Counted from the first letter of the stretch, positions 52,501 through 61,092 are shown. The stretch is 64,000 bases of DNA from Cyanobacteria bacterium P01_A01_bin.123 (GCA_039815185.1 JBCBZT010000009.1:128001-192000); one strand, 5' to 3'. The notes: a model not told the origin generated them from the letters alone. Made by a program: numbers and translations.

Positions 52501-54937
52501 CCACTTCTGCCGCTTCTTGGTGAATTGCTAGGGTCAGGGGATAGTCTATATCCCAGTCTTGCTCAGTGATTAGGGCTAAGCCGCTATTGGTGTAGTTGAA
52601 GGCTGGATCATAGGCCGCTGCTCTTTTGGCCTTTTGGGCGGCTTCCAGGTTGAGCTGTATCAGGGTGGCCCGGTCGATGATTGTGCGTGCCACTGCCATC
52701 CCCGCATTAAGCTGGTTAACGACGTCAAAAATAACGTCTGATCGTCGCTCATCAGGGGTTTGAGCAAGCAATAACTGCCCTAGGCGGGCATGAATACTGG
52801 CCCGCTGATCCGCCGTCACAAGGGAATAAGCGGCCTGGTGTACCCGATCGTGAAGAAACCGATAGATCCACTGGGTCGATGATAATGGCGCGTCCCGCAG
52901 GTCATCCTCAGTCAGGGCCATAGACGTTTGCACTTCAAAATTGACGGGCAGGATCATGCTTTGCTGTAGCGCTGGCATTAGGGTGCGGGCCAAAGTTAGC
53001 GGGGACTCATCGGTCATCGTCGCCAGCATATTCAGCTCGAAGCGAGTACCGACACAGGCAGCGATCTTGAGGATTGCTTGGGTCTCAGGGGCCAGTCTTT
53101 TCAGATTGCTGACAATCAGGTCGATTAAATCTAAATCGGTGATGCCGACCGTTTGAATTTGATCGAGATCCCATTGCCAGTGCCCCGCATCGAAGTCAAA
53201 CCTTAACTGCCCTGCGTTGTAAAGGGTGGTGAGAATTTGGGTGACAAAAAATGGATTGCCCTGGGTCTTTTGGTAAAGCAAATCAACGAGGACACCCAGC
53301 GCGACTGGATCGCTCTCGGGTAAGGCATCACTCACTAACGACAAGACGGCCTCTGGGGTCAAGGGAGCGACGGCCAAATCTACAGGGGCATAACCTTGAG
53401 CTGCGATCGCGTTTAAGGTCGCCACCAACGGATGCCCGAGGGATACCTCATTGTCACGGTAAGCCCCAATCAGCAACAAATGGGTCTCTCCGTGGGGTAA
53501 GGTCATCTGTTCTAGTAGCTTTAGGGAAGCAATATCTGCCCACTGCAAATCATCTAAAAAAATTACCAGTGGATGAGCTTTGCGAGCAAACACCTGCACC
53601 AGTTTGGCAAACAACCGCGTAAACCGATTTTGGGCTTCTAGCGGTGGCAAATCGGGCAAAGCAGGCTGGGAGCCAAGGATTAATTCTAAGGGTGGGATCA
53701 CCGCTACAATTGCCTGGGCCGAGTTGCCCAAGGCCTTTAGGATGTGGAGTCGCCACTGTTCAAGCTGGGCCGTTTTTTCGGTCAACAGCTGGTCAATTAG
53801 GGCCTCAAATGCTTGACGAATTGGGTGATAAGGAATATCTCGTTTGAGCGGATCTCCCTTACCAACAATAAAGTAACCGCGCTGACGAGTCACTGGAATT
53901 TGAATTTCATTCACCAGGGATGATTTGCCAATACCCGAGTAGCCCTTCACAGTCACGACTTCGATGTGGCCTGTTTCACCCGCCTGACTCACGCGTTCAA
54001 AACTTTCCAGTAGGGCCTGCACCTCCTGTTGACGACCATAGAGCTTTTGGGCAATCCGCAGCTGACCCGATCGATCCTGCTGACCAATGGCAAAGCGGTC
54101 AATGTCGCCCTGGCTTTCCCATTGGCTGCGACAGCGTTCTAAATCTGCTTTGAGGCCGAAGGCACTCTGATAGCGGTCTTCAGCATTTTTGGCCAGCAGT
54201 TTATGGACAATATCGTGAATCACCGGAGGAATGCCAGGGGCTAACTCCGCCAGCGATCGCGGTTGTTTAGCCAAATGACAATGTACCAGTTCAATCGGAT
54301 CCTGGGTTTCAAACGGACGCCGCCCGGTGAGTAATTCGTAGAAGGTTACCCCCAACGAGTAAAAATCAGTGCGATAGTCCAGACTGCGGTTCATCCGCCC
54401 TGTTTGTTCGGGAGACATGTAAGGCAGGGTGCCCTGGAGGTGATGGGGGGTGGTGACGGTCTTGTCTTCCCGAGCCAAAATTGACGAAATGCCAAAATCA
54501 GTAATTTTGACCCGTCCCGTTTGCCTATCTAGGATAATATTGGCCGGTTTCAAGTCCTTGTGAATCACCTTGTGGCTATGGAGATGGCCTAGGGTATCTG
54601 AAAGTTGCACGGCAATCTTGAGAAATTCAGTCAGCGTGGGTAATCGTTTCCCTAGGCTTTCTTTCAGCGATTCATGGCCGAATGCCTCTAAAATCAGCGC
54701 CAACCCATTGTGATATTTCTCTAACCCATAGGCCCGAACAATCCCGTCAATGTTTAACTCACTGACCAGCTGATATTCATGGCGGAGCCTGGCAATATCG
54801 TTGAGATCGGGGTATTGGTCTTTGAGTAGCTTAACCACCACCGGCAAGTTGTCGGCTTGCCGCACACCCCGGTACACATCGACCTTAGGCCCACGATAAA
54901 TAACGTCAGTAATGGCATAGTTCGGTAGGTCGAGCAT
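49565..54937 (-). CDS. Ser/Thr kinase - AAA/STAND ATPase - helical repeats - GAF - class III adenylate cyclase
   Basis: HKDLKPAN, DFG, SPE; Walker A GYSGIGKS, Walker B IFLDDLQWAD, GNPFF; GAF (YLEN); FADIRNFT, DKYIGDA, TVISDTVNVAAR; start MLDLPNY at 54937. Confidence 0.92.
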   Translation of the reverse strand: MLDLPNYAITDVIYRGPKVDVYRGVRQADNLPVVVKLLKDQYPDLNDIARLRHEYQLVSELNIDGIVRAYGLEKYHNGLALILEAFGHESLKESLGKRLPTLTEFLKIAVQLSDTLGHLHSHKVIHKDLKPANIILDRQTGRVKITDFGISSILAREDKTVTTPHHLQGTLPYMSPEQTGRMNRSLDYRTDFYSLGVTFYELLTGRRPFETQDPIELVHCHLAKQPRSLAELAPGIPPVIHDIVHKLLAKNAEDRYQSAFGLKADLERCRSQWESQGDIDRFAIGQQDRSGQLRIAQKLYGRQQEVQALLESFERVSQAGETGHIEVVTVKGYSGIGKSSLVNEIQIPVTRQRGYFIVGKGDPLKRDIPYHPIRQAFEALIDQLLTEKTAQLEQWRLHILKALGNSAQAIVAVIPPLELILGSQPALPDLPPLEAQNRFTRLFAKLVQVFARKAHPLVIFLDDLQWADIASLKLLEQMTLPHGETHLLLIGAYRDNEVSLGHPLVATLNAIAAQGYAPVDLAVAPLTPEAVLSLVSDALPESDPVALGVLVDLLYQKTQGNPFFVTQILTTLYNAGQLRFDFDAGHWQWDLDQIQTVGITDLDLIDLIVSNLKRLAPETQAILKIAACVGTRFELNMLATMTDESPLTLARTLMPALQQSMILPVNFEVQTSMALTEDDLRDAPLSSTQWIYRFLHDRVHQAAYSLVTADQRASIHARLGQLLLAQTPDERRSDVIFDVVNQLNAGMAVARTIIDRATLIQLNLEAAQKAKRAAAYDPAFNYTNSGLALITEQDWDIDYPLTLAIHQEAAEVAYLTGRFEASDGLTQQLLHRAQSHFDSAAAYDIQIRTRIAQKQLADAIAIGLETLKLFSIDLPGTPTQAAVGEALFTTAQLLASRDITDLGNLPQMSDPQALTAMQVMGRMASSAYIVRPNLYVLLITAMVRLSLAQGNAPLSSFAYASYGLLMCGVTQDIEMGYQLGKAALTLVEAPGGEALKNRVIFLVANFINPWRCHPHESLPLFQSSLQLGLETGDWEFVAWCYWRDVHLLYLTGYKLSDLLGRLQDAQQFVAQIKQAAALNLIALQTQVVVNLSHETSQPTVLVGDYYDEFANLTQYEATGNLLGCYELHLHKLMLAYWLGNYDAALTSATEAAKVLLGVTAASEVALLYFYDSLIRLARYNSDDATSQAQTLEIVTQNQQKLEYWANHAPMNHQHKYDLVAAELARVQGNDDRALALYNAAIEAASQQGYVQEVAMAYELSGELNLKLGHERIGITYLTNAFHTYARWGAMTKVRLMEMRYPQWLSQAIILRDPLLAGETITASTASSTAGSANFDLLSVIRASQAIADEIVLENLLSQLIKLAVENAGAQIGYLILQQDDQWLLQAARGIEPDGTETMTVLQEIPFESETLGTLLSVAIAHYVMRTKQTVMLNNATVQGQFVNDPYVLAERPKSILCSPLLYKGQLRGVIYLENRLTTGAFTGQRLEILNLLSGQAAISLENALLYREQEKLNQNLAELNQAYERFVPSQFLKLLNKDSIVDVKIGDQTQRKMSVLFADIRNFTAMSETMTPAENFKFINDFLSRMEPAITEHGGFIDKYIGDAIMALFDGSADDALRAAISMLRTLSRFNQSRLAQDLAPVRLGIGINTGNLMLGTVGGASRMDGTVISDTVNVAARIEQLTKEYAASLLISSQTFLELDDSNDYCIRLVDRVAVRGRSSAISVYEVFDADPKAIALGKVNTRSCFEMALLQYTQHNYTKAAEGFQACLDENPDDEIARLYLQRCTERS

Positions 54938-55027
54938 AGGGGCTGGAAGCAATCCCAAATAGGTAACAGACCTCAGTCACATCCCGATCGATAATTTTCT
55001 CAGTAGGGTTGCAGAGCTTTGCGACCC

Positions 55028-55055
55028 GACTCAAGTTTTCAAATTGGATGTGGTT
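55028..55055 (+). repeat. Dispersed 28-bp repeat, copy 3, next to a GTAG REP-like hairpin (55003-55030)
   Basis: GACTCAAGTTTTCAAATTGGATGTGGTT; preceded by GTAGGGTTGCA-GAGCTT-TGCGACCC. Confidence 0.7.
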
Positions 55056-55187
55056 CAACCGCTCAGTTGGCGAGGTGATTTCTTTCAGATATCCTTTGCT
55101 TCGCCCAAGCCCGGTTGCAGAATTTGGTGGTCAAAACGTAGAGTTATTAACCCTTGACAAATGATAAACCTGTTTACTGGATTAGGT

Positions 55188-57509
55188 TTATAACCGTTTA
55201 CCCAAAATCCAAGAGTCGCCTTCTCCAATGATAGTTTTGCCATAGGTGAGATCAAACTCGCGCTTCAGGATAGCGCGGGCTGCTTGCATACTCGACATGA
55301 CCGTTGCCTCAATACAGCCTGCATTGTAAGTGTTATCGATCCAGTCCCCGGTGAGGTAAAGATGGTCAAAGCCCGATTCGTCGGTTTTGAGCCGAAAGAC
55401 ACCGCTACCCGGCACAGCCATCACGTAGCGTTCTGTGGGAAAGATATTAATTCGCCAGTATTGAGATTGGAAACGCTCCTCCAATCCAGTTTGGTTGGCG
55501 GTGAGGTCAACCAAACGCTGAGGATCTAACCCTTCTGGGTTATCAATCAGCGTGCTATTGGGCCATAGGGTCCCGATATCATTTCTCAAAAACTGGAGTG
55601 TACGGGCATCGACCTCAGCCTGAGCTTGGGCTGGGAAGCCTAGCTGATCTTGGGGTGGAATCCCAGGATCGGCAATCACGCCAGTGAAATAGGCCAGGTT
55701 ATGGGGGGTGTTGTCGACCGGCCAATTTTCAAGCGGCAGCAAATGGGCCATATCAGAATAAGTATCTAGCGGCTCCACATAGGATCCCACGACGGCGCTG
55801 GCAAAGGGCCATCCCAACTGGGTTAAGGTTGGGGTGAGCCAAAGCTGTCCCCCCTGAGTGGGTACGGTTTTAACATTGTCAAACATGGCTTGCCACTTGG
55901 GTTGCGCTGCGGCCAATTCGCCACAGATAAATGGCAGTGCTGCTAGAGAAATGCCTAGCACGACAATATCGAAGTCTTCTCCTGCCTTGAGAGAAAGGAT
56001 TTCTACGTCTTCCCAATCCGACCAAAAAGATTCCAAGTTAATCTTGTCAGCTTTGAGGGTGTCCCCTTCCACCAATTGTTCGTAGCGGGGAGAACTGGGC
56101 CAGCACAGCAATCCCTTCACAGCAATCAGCGGGTCATACGCTTGGCTAGGGTCTTTCAGCGTCACCTGTCGCCCCAGCACAATTTCACCAACGGCACTTT
56201 GGTCATTGTTGAGGCCCAAATGCTTCACGCGGTGGAAGAATTCGAACTTAACGCCACGATTTTTGAGAACCTGGTAAATCGGGGTGAACACCACATCTCC
56301 CATACCCCCCTGCATCTTCCACATGATCGAGCCGTTGTACTGAAAGATCACCGTGGCCATAATGCGGATGGCAACCCCAGCGGCAAGTTGGGGATTGGTG
56401 ATATCTCCTTTGGGGAAGGAATAAACCAAATCATAGAGGACGCGAACAAAGGCCGATTGCAACGTCGTGTTTCGAGCCCCGTGCTTGAAGAGCCAGTCAC
56501 GATAATCTAGATGATCGATTGCGGCCAAGTTGCCGCTATAGACGATGCCATCGACAAACAGTCCGCGAATATTGGCCAGGGCTAGATCAATCAGAGCTAA
56601 CCGCCAGCGACCTTCGTAGACTTCTTCGGTGTCTGGGGTTTGTCGCCGCTGTAAACGACTGGCAAAGCGATCGAGCAGGTTAATCAACAGGCTGTGTTGG
56701 TCGTCTTGGTGCAGGCTAGGGTTTTCGGGCAAAGCTTCCACCAACTGCATGGCCAAGTTAATAAATAGAGATTCCCCGCTGGGGTCAACCTCCATCAGAT
56801 TGTCGGGATGTTCTACCACATCGGCCAGCCAGGACTGCCAGCGGCGAGGGGCTTGCACTAGCGATCGCAGCAAATCAGCCGGTAACCGAAAGAACGCATC
56901 ATCAAAGATGATTTCAAACAGCTCTTGACTCACATCAAAAGCTTCTGACAGTTTGGCCAAAATGGGCGGAAAACCGGCGGGTTGCCGAGCCTGAATATCT
57001 TGCTGCACTTTGCGATAGTCGAGATACAGCTCAAAGACGAATTGCAGTGTGGTGTAAATGTGGCTCCAGAGGGAGAAGTTGGCCCCCCCTTCCCATGGCT
57101 TCAACCGATTGGTGGGGAAGTCGAGTTCAATTGGGTTCCAGTTTCCTTCGGCATACTCTTGCAACACAATCAAATCATGGGGCTTAAAGGCATCTTCGAC
57201 TGTGTTATGGGGGCCGTCACCCCCCATTTCGTCATAGCACTCTTTCATCACCCGGAAGGCATTTTCATAGAACCCAAAGAAGATATGCAGACCGTGTTCT
57301 TCAATCCGATAGGTTGGTTCGGTGTGGCCTTCGGGAATGGTCATATTGCGACCACTGGCCCCTTTGCCGCCCAATCGCCATCCCAGTTGGTAAACCGTGA
57401 TGTCGTAGAGGCTATCCCATCCGGGGTGGCTGGTGAGTTCAAGGGCGGTGGTAAGGGAGGCCATGCCGCCGCCGAGGACGGCGATTTTTTTGCGGGTGGT
57501 GTGGGTCAT
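55188..57509 (-). CDS. FAD/NAD(P)-binding oxidoreductase (carotene desaturase/amine oxidase-like superfamily)
   Basis: IAVLGGGMASL Rossmann motif, LGGKGAS, EEHGLHIFFGFYEN, LYLTGDW...GCIEAT. Confidence 0.85.
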   Translation of the reverse strand: MTHTTRKKIAVLGGGMASLTTALELTSHPGWDSLYDITVYQLGWRLGGKGASGRNMTIPEGHTEPTYRIEEHGLHIFFGFYENAFRVMKECYDEMGGDGPHNTVEDAFKPHDLIVLQEYAEGNWNPIELDFPTNRLKPWEGGANFSLWSHIYTTLQFVFELYLDYRKVQQDIQARQPAGFPPILAKLSEAFDVSQELFEIIFDDAFFRLPADLLRSLVQAPRRWQSWLADVVEHPDNLMEVDPSGESLFINLAMQLVEALPENPSLHQDDQHSLLINLLDRFASRLQRRQTPDTEEVYEGRWRLALIDLALANIRGLFVDGIVYSGNLAAIDHLDYRDWLFKHGARNTTLQSAFVRVLYDLVYSFPKGDITNPQLAAGVAIRIMATVIFQYNGSIMWKMQGGMGDVVFTPIYQVLKNRGVKFEFFHRVKHLGLNNDQSAVGEIVLGRQVTLKDPSQAYDPLIAVKGLLCWPSSPRYEQLVEGDTLKADKINLESFWSDWEDVEILSLKAGEDFDIVVLGISLAALPFICGELAAAQPKWQAMFDNVKTVPTQGGQLWLTPTLTQLGWPFASAVVGSYVEPLDTYSDMAHLLPLENWPVDNTPHNLAYFTGVIADPGIPPQDQLGFPAQAQAEVDARTLQFLRNDIGTLWPNSTLIDNPEGLDPQRLVDLTANQTGLEERFQSQYWRINIFPTERYVMAVPGSGVFRLKTDESGFDHLYLTGDWIDNTYNAGCIEATVMSSMQAARAILKREFDLTYGKTIIGEGDSWILGKRL

Positions 57510-57793
57510 GGTGAGTGTGAAGGAGGGTAGGGGAGCGGGTAGGGCGGAGGTGGGGAGTAGGTAGGGTGGTGTGTTAGAGGGGAGAGTGTAGGGGGCAGAG
57601 GGGGGGTAAGGTGAATTTGGTGGTGTTAATTTGTGGGTTCGATTATCTTGGTTGCGCCTTGGCCAAATTTAGAAGTAATCAAGGGAAGTATCAAGCTCTA
57701 GAAAAGGCGAGCAAGATGCTTGCACTCAACACAGAATGCTGAACCCATCCAGGAGTTTGATCTCCCCATCTCCCCATCTCCCCATCTCCCCCA
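57510..57793. repeat. Low-complexity G-rich tract and (CTCCCCAT)n tandem octamers
   Basis: GGG runs at 57520-57607; TCTCCCCA tandem units at 57761-57793. Confidence 0.7.
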
Positions 57794-57808
57794 ATCCAGA
57801 CCAGGCGA

Positions 57809-59041
57809 TTAAGGATTTTCCCAAATCACTTTGGCATTGCCGCTGCTGAAGTCGAAGTTAACCCAAAAGGCAAATTCGACGGGGATACGATCTACTTCGC
57901 CCCCCTGAACATTGGCGTCTTTTACGGTCAGACCGAGGGTTTCGACGAGGGGGTGGCTGGCGAATTTGCCGATTTCAACCACGAAGGGAGTACCCAGGGA
58001 TTCGGTGCCTAAAATGCCGCCAGCATGGAATTGGGTGAGGTTGAAGGGAAATTCTAAAATGCCCTGGTAGCAGGCTTTGGTGCCGATGGTGCCATCGCGG
58101 AATTGCTTTAGGGTGACGGCGGGGACTTCAAAATTGAGTAGGTAGTCGGCCAGATTAAAAGGGAGTTGCCAACCGGGGATTTCAAATGTGCTGGGGTCGT
58201 TAATTAAGACTTTGACCAGGGCTTGGCCGACATCTTGGAAACTCTGCCACGGCTTGATGGTGACGGGATCAGTGGCCCGCACTTCGATCAGCTTTTCCCA
58301 CTGGGCTCCGGTTTGGGGAGAGAGCGTTTTCCAGGTGAGGGTGTGTAGGATGGCGGGTTGTTGCAGGTTTTCGAGATCGGGCATTTGAAACCCGCCGAGG
58401 GCTTTGGGAATGCCGTAGACTTCTCGCCCGGAGGCCATCACGGGAGAGTTATCGACAAAGATATAGGGAATGAACCAGGCGAGACGTTCAACTCGAAAGA
58501 GGGGGCCAACTTTTTTGCCGACTAGGGTGAGGATCCAGATGGCGGCTTCGTCTTCGCCGACAAAGCCCCGCTGACTATCGGGTGGATCGGTGGAGCTGAT
58601 CTGGTCGATTCGATCGAAGGTGAGCAGGATATAGGGAATGGCTGCTTGGTAGTGTACGTTACCTTGGGCTGGGGTATTGAGGAATTTGTCGCAGAGCTGT
58701 TGCAGTTTGGGCAGTGCCCCTTCTAAGACGTAGCCGTAGAGGTTGGTGCCTTTGAGCGTGTAGGGTTGGGCGAAGGTTTGGTCGCTAGGATTTGAGATGT
58801 AGTCAGGCAGGGATGTGCGCGATCGCGTCCCGCAGCCCCCTGCAAAAGCAGATTGTAAGTCTTGGGCAATGACGCTGCCCGCTTGCGTTAAATGGGTGAT
58901 TAATTGTTGGGGATCGGTGCGGAGTTGGGTGAGCTGTTCGTCAAGGCGGGCTGGGTTAGTCAGCAGTTCTTTGAGATTATGAGTGGCTCCCAAAGCGAGG
59001 TGTAGCCCGGTTTCAAACGAGGGAAAGGGGGATTGGCTCAT
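57809..59041 (-). CDS. Acetoacetate decarboxylase-like superfamily protein
   Basis: YIFVDN...SGREVYGIPK motif with the Schiff-base Lys; LKQFRD...ACYQ. Confidence 0.75.
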   Translation of the reverse strand: MSQSPFPSFETGLHLALGATHNLKELLTNPARLDEQLTQLRTDPQQLITHLTQAGSVIAQDLQSAFAGGCGTRSRTSLPDYISNPSDQTFAQPYTLKGTNLYGYVLEGALPKLQQLCDKFLNTPAQGNVHYQAAIPYILLTFDRIDQISSTDPPDSQRGFVGEDEAAIWILTLVGKKVGPLFRVERLAWFIPYIFVDNSPVMASGREVYGIPKALGGFQMPDLENLQQPAILHTLTWKTLSPQTGAQWEKLIEVRATDPVTIKPWQSFQDVGQALVKVLINDPSTFEIPGWQLPFNLADYLLNFEVPAVTLKQFRDGTIGTKACYQGILEFPFNLTQFHAGGILGTESLGTPFVVEIGKFASHPLVETLGLTVKDANVQGGEVDRIPVEFAFWVNFDFSSGNAKVIWENP

Positions 59042-59245
59042 GGGGATTGAGAGAAGTGGAATGCCGTACAGGATGCCGACACCGCTATTTTAGTTGCTGG
59101 GGTTTAGTGATGCCGCTGATCCCTAGGGGTAATTTTTATTCTTTGAGACTTAATTGTGCTGTGGCTGCTTGCACCCCATTCCCCCCAACTCTTGAGCCCC
59201 TCATACAACCCATCCAGCAGCGTCAAAACTGTGGCCTTTTCCTCA

Positions 59246-59350
59246 TATAGCACTGGCCAGATTGCTTAATGCACCGAGTATCGCCAGGGTGCTTAGTCCA
59301 CAAGCAATCTGGCTCGCGGTAGCGCACAAAGCTTTGTGGCTACCGCCATA
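59246..59350 (+). mobile_element. 105-bp structured repeat element (MITE-like), copy B
   Basis: TATAGC...GCCATA ends; same length as copy A and closely similar over the first 70 or so bases. Confidence 0.7.
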
Positions 59351-59353
59351 GCT

Positions 59354-59422
59354 CAGAAACCGGGTTCCTGATCAAAGCATCTGGCAAAGCCGTCAGACCC
59401 GATCAAAGAAACCCGGTTTCTG
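59354..59422. repeat. 69-bp miniature element with 13-bp perfect terminal inverted repeats
   Basis: CAGAAACCGGGTT...AACCCGGTTTCTG. Confidence 0.7.
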
Positions 59423-59445
59423 GGAGCGTCGCTTCTGGGAGGATT

Positions 59446-60123
59446 TTAAGCGATCGCGACGAAATCGCTATCTCCTAACACCGTTGTCACAGTGTTGAGC
59501 ACCGCCAGGGTTTCATCCCCAAAGCCAATCAGGGTGTTACCGTCCAATTGACTGATGTCGAGCTGACCGAAGCTCAACCCGCCCGCCAGACCAATGAAGT
59601 CCGTGCCGACTTCAAAGTCCACGATGGTATCAGTGCCTTCGCCCGCAGCCAGGACGAAGGTGTCGCTCCCCTGACCGCCTGAGAAGTCATCTCCGGTCAG
59701 AACATCGTTACCGAGCCCCCCCCAGAGTAAGTCGTCGCCATCATCGCCCCAGATGGCATCGTTCCCGGCCTCACCAAAGAGGCGATCGTTGCCGGCTTTC
59801 CCGCCGATACGATCGTCTCCGTTGCCGCCGAGAATGATATCGTTGCCACCTGCAGTACCGCCAGAATTGCGTGCGTTGCGATCGCCCCGCAGCACATCAT
59901 CACCGTCACCCCCGAGAATCAGGTCATTTCCTAATTCTCCAGCCGCTCCCGAGACGAATCTCGCTCGATCAAGACCAATGCGCTCAGTAATCGCAACCTC
60001 ACCTGTGGTTGGGTTGAGCGTGAAGCGTACAAGCTCCGGTTGAAATTCAGGTAGCTTGAAAATTCGCTCATTATCGCTGTCTCCATTCACATCGCTGGAG
60101 CCAGCATCGGGGCCGCGATCGCA
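59446..60123 (-). pseudogene. C-terminal remnant of a secreted phytase-like esterase / RTX calcium-binding protein
   Basis: Frame opens at a HIP1 site with DRGPD...ERIFKLPEFQPELVRF (esterase-like phytase fragment), then GGxGxD repeats and GTDTIVDF type I secretion tail; no proper start. Confidence 0.65.
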
Positions 60124-60138
60124 CTATGCATAATAACC

Positions 60139-60585
60139 TCAAAGCATTTCGATTAGATGCTGATAGTAATCGAGAGTAACCGGATCATTGCCCCCTTGAT
60201 TTATATAATTCTGTCTAATTGTTTCATAATCTGAACGAGCGGCCTCTATGTCACCAATCAAAAAGTACGCTGTGGCTCTTTCTAGATAGAACTGCTCATT
60301 ATTAGGATCTGCTTCAATTGCTTGACCGAAACTGTTGATTGCATCTTCTATAGCACCATTACTTAAATGCTCATAACCAAAATTTGCATAATCTTCAGCA
60401 GTCATTTCAGCTGTTAAACTATCGCGAGGCTTACTCTGTCCACATACATTGCTTAAATCTATAATTTCACCTCCCTCTTGCTCTATATAACAAAGTGGAT
60501 CTGCAGCGACCGATCCAGCATATGCCAGGAGCATAATCCCAAGGAGAAGGAACCTTTTTGGTATTTTGCTAATCCTAAACACCAT
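60139..60585 (-). CDS. Secreted TPR protein, AT-rich (likely acquired)
   Basis: Signal peptide, CYIE...IDLSNVCG, TPR motifs AINSFGQAIEADP and FYLERATAY. Confidence 0.8.
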   Translation of the reverse strand: MVFRISKIPKRFLLLGIMLLAYAGSVAADPLCYIEQEGGEIIDLSNVCGQSKPRDSLTAEMTAEDYANFGYEHLSNGAIEDAINSFGQAIEADPNNEQFYLERATAYFLIGDIEAARSDYETIRQNYINQGGNDPVTLDYYQHLIEML

Positions 60586-60721
60586 AGCTCAAATTTAGAT
60601 TAAGCCAATACTCTTAATTTTTGAAGCTTACAGCATTTAAGAAGTTGACAAAGACAAGATGCGCAAAAGTTTAGCGTAGTCTACAGATATTCACTTTAAC
60701 GAAACTTTGAGCAAAAAGGGT

Positions 60722-60935
60722 GGTTGTGTTGCAAGAAATTATGAAGGCAGTAATTACGTTATACTTGTAATCTTTGTTATGCAGGGACTCCGAAGATTTC
60801 GTTGATGAAAGAGATCTGTCCTATAACATTCCCTTTTGCAACCCCATTGCTCTGACCTTTACGGATCATATTCATCACCTCATAGCCTTGGAGCGTATGC
60901 CAGGCTGTGTTGAATGAGCTAAAGCTAAGACCAGT
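60722..60935 (-). mobile_element. IS6-family insertion sequence remnant (right end and transposase C-terminus)
   Basis: GLSFSSFNTAWHTLQGYEVMNMIRKGQ...FINEIFG; terminal repeat GGTTGTGTTGCAA at 60722 resembles the IS6-family GGTTCTGTTGCAAA. Confidence 0.8.
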
Positions 60936-61092
60936 GCGATCGCACTGGATTGCTAGGGTCGCTGAGATCGATGATTTGCACTTCCGGATCACCGGAGACC
61001 ACGAATAGCTTCTGGGAAGCCGAGTCGAAGGCGTTGATTTCAGCACCGATATCGCTGGTAAAGCTACCCACTTTTGTCAGGAAAGCATCCAT
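60925..61092 (-). pseudogene. N-terminal remnant of a choice-of-anchor I / alkaline phosphatase-type beta-propeller gene
   Basis: GGAG RBS + ATG at 61092; MDAFLTKVGSFTSDIGAEINAFDSASQKLFVV...IIDLSDPSNPV, then HIP1 site and stop (55 aa, below the ORF-track cutoff). Confidence 0.65.

Noticed and set aside
60777..61046. 89-aa ORF as a real gene
   Set aside because: It is chimeric: only the part after the HIP1 site is IS6 transposase; the front is an off-frame reading of the phosphatase remnant
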